From Chitinophagaceae bacterium (GTDB lineage: Bacteria > Bacteroidota > Bacteroidia > Chitinophagales > Chitinophagaceae), in the NCBI GenBank assembly GCA_019638615.1, contig JAHBTL010000027.1, positions 28,550-92,549 on the forward strand: DNA of 64,000 nucleotides, written 5' to 3'. The notes below the pieces were generated by a model. It searched no databases. It saw only the letters and a program-made list of their open reading frames with translations, and was not told where the DNA came from. Of the stretch, positions 59,487-64,000 are shown piece by piece. The translations under genes and the position numbers were made by a program. The stretch's first letter is position 1. Each line of letters starts with the position of its first letter.

Positions 59487-59537
59487 TTGGAGAGCGATTT
59501 TTTCATGCTAACCGCATTCAAAAATCAGGAGGTAATC

Positions 59538-59921
59538 ATGACACAAATAAATGGACAGGTAAAAAATAAAGGCGGACGCCCCGCCAAAAGCATTAAGCGC
59601 AACCAGGTAGTAACGCTGAAATGTGCCAGCTACGAGCAGACAAGGATCTGTGCCAATGCTAAAAAAGCGGGGCTTTCCGTATCGGAGTTTCTCCGGGAGA
59701 TGGGGCTGAACGGACAGGTTGTCACCACCGAAAAAGCATTACCCACGGAAGTGTTAGCACTTACCGCTACGCTCAACCACATGGCGGCTAACCTGAACCA
59801 GATCGCTAAAAAACGAAACAGCGTAGTGGATGAACTGAACGCCGCCGAGCGTGCCGGTCTTGAAATTCTGTCTCGGGAAGTAAAAGAAGTTGCACAACTT
59901 ATCAAAACGTATTTACAATGA
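59538..59921 (+). CDS. mobC: MobC-type relaxosome accessory protein
   Basis: The start is taken at ATG 59538, preceded by AGGAGG. It has an RHH-like N-terminus and the conserved LNHMAANLNQIAKKRN motif. Confidence 0.75.
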   Translation: MTQINGQVKNKGGRPAKSIKRNQVVTLKCASYEQTRICANAKKAGLSVSEFLREMGLNGQVVTTEKALPTEVLALTATLNHMAANLNQIAKKRNSVVDELNAAERAGLEILSREVKEVAQLIKTYLQ

Positions 59922-60967
59922 TTGGTGATATATCGTTGGGAGCATCTTTCTTCCATTGTATCAGCTATTGCCTGGAAGATAAAAGAACATTAACGGAAGA
60001 ACAGAAAATAAAGAAGTCATTGGAAGATGGGTTTCAGCACAAAGACCGGGCAGAGGTGTTAGCTTACAACAAATGCTTTGGCAATAAATACGAGCTGGCT
60101 GAACAGTTTAAGGAGGTTGCCCGATTGAGCAAACGCGTGGAAAAACCGGTGCTTCATCTATCCCTGAGCCTGCCTCCCGGAGAACAATTAAACCGGAACC
60201 AGTTAATTGAAGCAGGTCAGGAATTGGCAAAGGAATTCGGTGTAGCCGATAATCAATACCTCATTATCCAGCACAAGGATACCGACAGACAGCATATTCA
60301 TTTGGTGGCGAACCGGGTAGGTTATCAGGGTAAAGCCGCTATCACAAGTAACAATTATTTGAAGATGGACAGGCTCTGCCGCCGGTTGGAAAAAAAGTAC
60401 AAGCTGCAAGAGGTGCTTAGTGCAAGGCGGTTTTTGTCAAAGGAACAGAGACTGATTCCTCGCCAGGACAGACGGAAAGAGAAAATGAAGTATGATATCG
60501 GGCAAACATTAAGGAAGGCAAAAAACTACGATGAGTTCGCAAAGGGAATGCAACAATTGGGCTACCAGATCATAAAAGGCAGGGGCATTACTTTTATAGA
60601 TAACAAAAAAGTGAGGGTTAAAGGTAGCGAGCTGGGATACTCACTGATGACAATACAAAAGCTGTTGCAGCGCGGTCAAACGCAGGAATTGAAGCAAAAA
60701 GATGTTACCAAAGATCGGGAACTAAAGATCGAAAAACAATCGCCTAATCAGCAAATCATTGCTGCTAACGCCCGGCTTCGGAGAAAAATTAGGGGAACAA
60801 AACTCCCACCCATCCAGGAACAAACGCCACTTGATGAATTACAAAGAGGCATTGGTGGTATTATATCCGATTTATTAAAACCTGAACACCCGGAAGATAA
60901 CACCATTAACTATGAGCTATTGAAAGAAGCTCATAAAAGAAAGAAGCGGAAAAAGCCAAAAATATAA
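59918..60967 (+). CDS. Relaxase/mobilization nuclease
   Basis: 349 aa with an ATGA overlap with mobC. The histidine triad is in QHKDTDRQHIHLVANRV. Confidence 0.85.
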   Translation: MIGDISLGASFFHCISYCLEDKRTLTEEQKIKKSLEDGFQHKDRAEVLAYNKCFGNKYELAEQFKEVARLSKRVEKPVLHLSLSLPPGEQLNRNQLIEAGQELAKEFGVADNQYLIIQHKDTDRQHIHLVANRVGYQGKAAITSNNYLKMDRLCRRLEKKYKLQEVLSARRFLSKEQRLIPRQDRRKEKMKYDIGQTLRKAKNYDEFAKGMQQLGYQIIKGRGITFIDNKKVRVKGSELGYSLMTIQKLLQRGQTQELKQKDVTKDRELKIEKQSPNQQIIAANARLRRKIRGTKLPPIQEQTPLDELQRGIGGIISDLLKPEHPEDNTINYELLKEAHKRKKRKKPKI

Positions 60968-60976
60968 AACTATTTT

Positions 60977-61411
60977 ATGAATAATGAACGGACTATGGAG
61001 ACCAATGTTAACAAATTGAACAAAGAGGAAAAGGAGAATGTGCTGATGGTACTCAATGAATTTTCGCAGGAGTACAAGATCAATGCTAAGGCAATAAGTA
61101 TGCTTGCAGCAAATGTAAAAGAATGCATTGCTAAAGTAAACGAGTATATTGAAGAATCAAAAAAGGAGCATTCAGAAATACCCGGCCTTCAACAAGTAGA
61201 AAATTTGGAGGAAAGGATTGAAGAACTAAAAAGCCTGATCCGTGCCCAACCTGCAGAAGTAAAGCAAGAAAAACGAATCTTACTTTTCCCTGAACACGGA
61301 ACAAAGGAATATTATGGAACCGTTTTGCGTTGGATACTATATATCATTATCGCTACTTATGGGTTTTTTCTGCTGAAGTATTTAATTGAGTTGCTAAAAA
61401 ACCAGCAGTAA
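60977..61411 (+). CDS. Hypothetical membrane-anchored protein following the relaxase
   Basis: 144 aa with a coiled-coil and a C-terminal TM (VLRWILYIIIATYGFFLLKYLI). Confidence 0.6.
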   Translation: MNNERTMETNVNKLNKEEKENVLMVLNEFSQEYKINAKAISMLAANVKECIAKVNEYIEESKKEHSEIPGLQQVENLEERIEELKSLIRAQPAEVKQEKRILLFPEHGTKEYYGTVLRWILYIIIATYGFFLLKYLIELLKNQQ

Positions 61412-61547
61412 GGAATTTCCCCTATTTTGTATCTTAGACACTAATGCTTTTTATAGGATAACTCCCGAGAGTAATTTTGAAAAATAAGGATAGCAACTAT
61501 TTGTTCTTGGAGTAATTACATTGAGCATAAATAATAGATACAATCAC

Positions 61548-62258
61548 ATGACTAAAGAGCTCATACTATCAGAAATTAAACGAGTAGGAACTGTAAACGG
61601 AAAGTCGCTTGGGCACGCACGCTTTTCAAAGAAGTCAGGTATTCAAAAAACAGACTGGTATGGAAAGTATTGGGTTAGATGGTCAGACGCTCTTAGAGAA
61701 GCAGGCCTTTCTGCAAATGAATTTAATAAAGCATACCCTGAAGAATACGTAATTGAAAAGCTGATATTATTAATTCGAGAATTAGGATATTATCCTGTAA
61801 CTGGTGAGATACGAATAAAGGCGAGGGAAGACAAAAGTTTTCCTGCTCACACCGTTTTTAGCCGGGTTGGAAATAAGCAGACACTCGTTAAAAAACTTAT
61901 TGCATTTTGTGACAATAAATATGAATATTCCGATATAGTTCAAATATGTTCTGCATTGCAACTTCCAAACATCCTGAAAAGAGAAAAAGAAAATGATTTA
62001 ATTACTGGTGCAGTCTATTTAATTAAATCAGGAAAATTTTACAAAATAGGGCGTTCTAATTCAATTGCACGGAGACAATACGAATTATCCATACAGCTAC
62101 CCGAAACCATTAAAGTAATTCATTCAATTAATACAGACGATCCTGTTGGGATAGAGGCATATTGGCATAACCGGTTTAATAACAAAAGAAAAAATGGAGA
62201 GTGGTTTGAATTAGATCAAAATGACGTTAAAACATTTAAGAGAAGAAAATTCATGTAA
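61548..62258 (+). CDS. T5orf172/MUG113 (GIY-YIG-like) domain protein with N-terminal homing-endonuclease-associated repeats
   Basis: The start is taken at ATG 61548. The N-terminus has two units of the type ILSEIKRVGTVNGKSL... and VIEKLILLIRELGYYP. The C-terminus is GAVYLIKSGKFYKIGRSNSIARRQYELSIQLPETIKVIHSINTDDPVGIEAYWHNRFNNKRKNGEWFEL. Confidence 0.65.
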   Translation: MTKELILSEIKRVGTVNGKSLGHARFSKKSGIQKTDWYGKYWVRWSDALREAGLSANEFNKAYPEEYVIEKLILLIRELGYYPVTGEIRIKAREDKSFPAHTVFSRVGNKQTLVKKLIAFCDNKYEYSDIVQICSALQLPNILKREKENDLITGAVYLIKSGKFYKIGRSNSIARRQYELSIQLPETIKVIHSINTDDPVGIEAYWHNRFNNKRKNGEWFELDQNDVKTFKRRKFM

Positions 62259-62339
62259 GCTAGCCTGCAAATTAATTTCACTTTGTCTTCTTGAACTACT
62301 GCTTTAACAAGACTGCCTAATTTCAGCCCTGCCTTTTTT

Positions 62340-62384
62340 AAAATGAACGTTTGAGTAAAGCAAAATGAGCCTTATAGTAAAGCG
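62340..62384 (+). promoter_or_regulatory. Conserved 45-nt upstream element (copy 1), before the AraC gene; a TAATTTTG -7 box lies at 62403-62410
   Basis: AAAATGAACGTTTGAGTAAAGCAAAATGAGCCTTATAGTAAAGCG is closely similar to 63388-63432 and contains a GAG(n)TAAAG direct repeat. Confidence 0.5.
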
Positions 62385-62431
62385 TTGCCAATTGGTTTTG
62401 ATTAATTTTGTAGCGTTTTAATTGATAAATT

Positions 62432-63277
62432 ATGGAACAACAACAGCCGGAAAAATATGGAATGATAACCTATACAGGTGTTTTTCTTACCTGCTTTGCC
62501 GATTTGGAGGAAAGATGCTTTCATGCTATGCCTGAACACGTTTTATTTTATCTGTATTCCGGAGAGCAGACTATTGTTGACAGGGATAAAAAAGTAAAGG
62601 TTAAAGCTGGTGAATGTGCCTTTATCCGCCGGGACCATCGTATTGAAATGCTAAAATACAGCAAAGGCAAAAAACCTTACAAAAGCATTACCCTTAGCTT
62701 TAACCGGGAGGTACTAAGGGATATTTACAGCAAAATGGTCAGGTCTGAAATACCTACCCATATTCCTGTTTCGGACGAGAAAGTAATTAAAGTAAAAACT
62801 ACTCCCGATATTACCAGCCTTTTCCATTCGCTCACTCCTTATTTTGATAAAAATGTAAAGCCAACAGATAAGGTAGTTTATCTGAAGCTGATAGAAGCTA
62901 TTTATGCCATGCTGGAGCAATCCGATAATTTTTATCCTATACTGTTTGATTTTACCGACCCGTGGAAAATTGACATATTGGAGTTTCTGAACAAGAATTA
63001 TATGGACGACTTATCCATTGAGGAAATTGCAGCTTATACAGGTCGCAGCCTTTCCACATTCAAACGGGATTTTAAAAGCATTAGCAATCTTTCACCTCAA
63101 AAGTGGCTTACAAAAAAACGTTTGGAAGTTGCTTATCAAAAGCTGAAAGAGGGAAAGAAAGTTCAGGAAGTTTATGTGGAGGTTGGTTTTAAAAATCCTT
63201 CTCATTTCTCCACTGCATTCAAGAAGGAATACGGTATCCCTCCTGTCGAAGTTTTTGCTGAAGTGGTCGCTGGGTAA
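62432..63277 (+). CDS. AraC-family transcriptional regulator
   Basis: 281 aa with a cupin-like N-terminal domain and a C-terminal double HTH (IEEIAAYTGRSLSTFKRDFK..., GFKNPSHFSTAFKKEYGIPP). Confidence 0.85.
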   Translation: MEQQQPEKYGMITYTGVFLTCFADLEERCFHAMPEHVLFYLYSGEQTIVDRDKKVKVKAGECAFIRRDHRIEMLKYSKGKKPYKSITLSFNREVLRDIYSKMVRSEIPTHIPVSDEKVIKVKTTPDITSLFHSLTPYFDKNVKPTDKVVYLKLIEAIYAMLEQSDNFYPILFDFTDPWKIDILEFLNKNYMDDLSIEEIAAYTGRSLSTFKRDFKSISNLSPQKWLTKKRLEVAYQKLKEGKKVQEVYVEVGFKNPSHFSTAFKKEYGIPPVEVFAEVVAG

Positions 63278-63387
63278 GAAACTCTGATCCGCTCGCATCT
63301 CAACTTCAATATATTTTTCATACCAAGCAATTACAACTAGCGTACAGAGAGAAATTTTAAGAACCTTTTGCCGGATGACGAAAAAGT

Positions 63388-63432
63388 AAAATGGACGTTT
63401 GAGTAAAGATATTTGAGCCTTACAGTAAAGCC
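63388..63432 (+). promoter_or_regulatory. Conserved 45-nt upstream element (copy 2), before the Tat-ADH gene; a TAATTTTG -7 box lies at 63451-63458
   Basis: AAAATGGACGTTTGAGTAAAGATATTTGAGCCTTACAGTAAAGCC has the same spacing to a TAATTTTG box as copy 1. Confidence 0.5.
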
Positions 63433-63483
63433 GCTACGAGGCTTTCATTCTAATTTTGCAATGTAATCTTAAATACATGCAAA

Positions 63484-64000
63484 ATGGAAAATAACAGCAA
63501 TAACTCATCATCACGCAGGAAGTTCATACAGCTTTCTTCATTAGCTGCAGGTGCTACACTTACAAGCCCGTTACAAATGTTTGGGCAAGCCAATAATGGT
63601 AAAAGCAATCCAAAGAATATCCAGTCAAAAGGAATTGCAGGAAAAGATACATACAGCCCCTTAGAGCTATGGGGTTTTGAACGAAGGCCTGTTGGCGATA
63701 CTGATGTTTTAGTCGAAATAAAATACGCCAGTATTTGCCATTCGGATATTCATACCATCAGAGGGCATTGGGGTAAACAACCTTTTCCACAGGTTCCCGG
63801 ACACGAAATCGGAGGTATCGTTAAAGCAGTCGGAAAAAACGTAACCAGATTTAAAGTAGGCGACAGAGTGGGCGTTGGTGTAATAGCCGATAGTTGTATG
63901 AAGTGCAACCCTTGCAAAGAGGGACAAGAGCAGCATTGTGCGGAGGGAATGGTGGGCACGTATGGTGCGCCCTATCCGGCAGAACCGACAGGCATTACAC
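63484..64000 (+). CDS. Zinc-dependent alcohol dehydrogenase (CAD-like) with a twin-arginine signal peptide; truncated by the window end
   Basis: This ORF is not in the supplied track because it has no stop within the window. From ATG 63484 it reads MENNSNNSSSRRKFIQLSSLAAGATLTSPLQMFGQA... then ICHSDIHT, GHEIGG and CMKCNPCKEGQEQHC. SRRKFIQ matches the Tat consensus S/T-R-R-x-F-L-K. Confidence 0.8.
   Translation, partial: MENNSNNSSSRRKFIQLSSLAAGATLTSPLQMFGQANNGKSNPKNIQSKGIAGKDTYSPLELWGFERRPVGDTDVLVEIKYASICHSDIHTIRGHWGKQPFPQVPGHEIGGIVKAVGKNVTRFKVGDRVGVGVIADSCMKCNPCKEGQEQHCAEGMVGTYGAPYPAEPTGIT

Larger units (their letters stand above)
53591..62258. mobile_element. NBU-like integrative mobilizable element (minimum extent; right end not identified in the window)
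   Basis: It begins at the breakpoint inside the tRNA-Asn-like sequence. Gene content is a tyrosine integrase, a TA pair, an excisionase-type HTH, a toprim primase, MobC, a relaxase and a T5orf172 protein. Confidence 0.7.

Noticed and set aside
62285-62325. Possible right att site of the mobilizable element (CTTCTTGAACTACTGCTTTAACAAG vaguely resembles ACTTGAACC...CTGATTAACAG of the tRNA core)
   Set aside because: Only scattered short matches remain after assuming a large internal deletion, and there is no T arm or acceptor sequence. This is too weak to call a boundary.
1-64000. CRISPR arrays, rRNA genes, intact tRNA genes, reverse transcriptases or retrons, restriction-modification genes
   Set aside because: I scanned intergenic regions and ORF translations and saw no regularly spaced repeats, no rRNA-like sequence, no RT or methylase motifs, and only tRNA fragments.

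Overview
The window looks like a chromosomal segment from a Bacteroidota genome, probably Chitinophagia- or Sphingobacteriia-like. Supporting signs are a SusC/SusD pair with an ECF-sigma/FecR module, TAnnTTTG-type -7 promoter boxes, lipoprotein signal peptides and an NBU-like mobilizable element.

Order of content, left to right:
- The 5' end of metE behind a cobalamin riboswitch, then an aldehyde dehydrogenase (ALDH).
- A block of secreted and ankyrin-type proteins of unknown function.
- A TonB-dependent receptor operon with MbnP/MbnH-like genes and two paralogous small cysteine-motif membrane proteins.
- A cluster of small SRPBCC, VOC, SnoaL, DUF1801 and DHFR-like genes.
- A 7-kb AraC-associated oxidoreductase/hydrolase cluster, bracketed by two decayed 'AraC 3' end + Bro-N' units.
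- An ATP-cone-less class I ribonucleotide reductase (nrdB-nrdA), queH, a decayed AAA-ATPase gene, a NUDIX gene and a prolyl oligopeptidase.
- Two apparently tandem insertions at a tRNA-Asn site. The first is a 13.6-kb integrase-less island (39973-53545) carrying an AbiE toxin-antitoxin (TA) pair and a sigma/anti-sigma-controlled SusC/SusD locus. The second is an NBU-like integrative mobilizable element (from 53591) with integrase, TA pair, excisionase-like HTH, primase, MobC and relaxase.
- An AraC regulator and a Tat-signal zinc alcohol dehydrogenase that runs off the right edge.

I found no rRNA, no intact tRNA and no CRISPR array. Several genes are disrupted by frameshifts or in-frame TAG codons, and three of the frameshifts sit in homopolymers of 7 nt or more. 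All functional calls come from reading motifs in the translations by eye. No database search was run.
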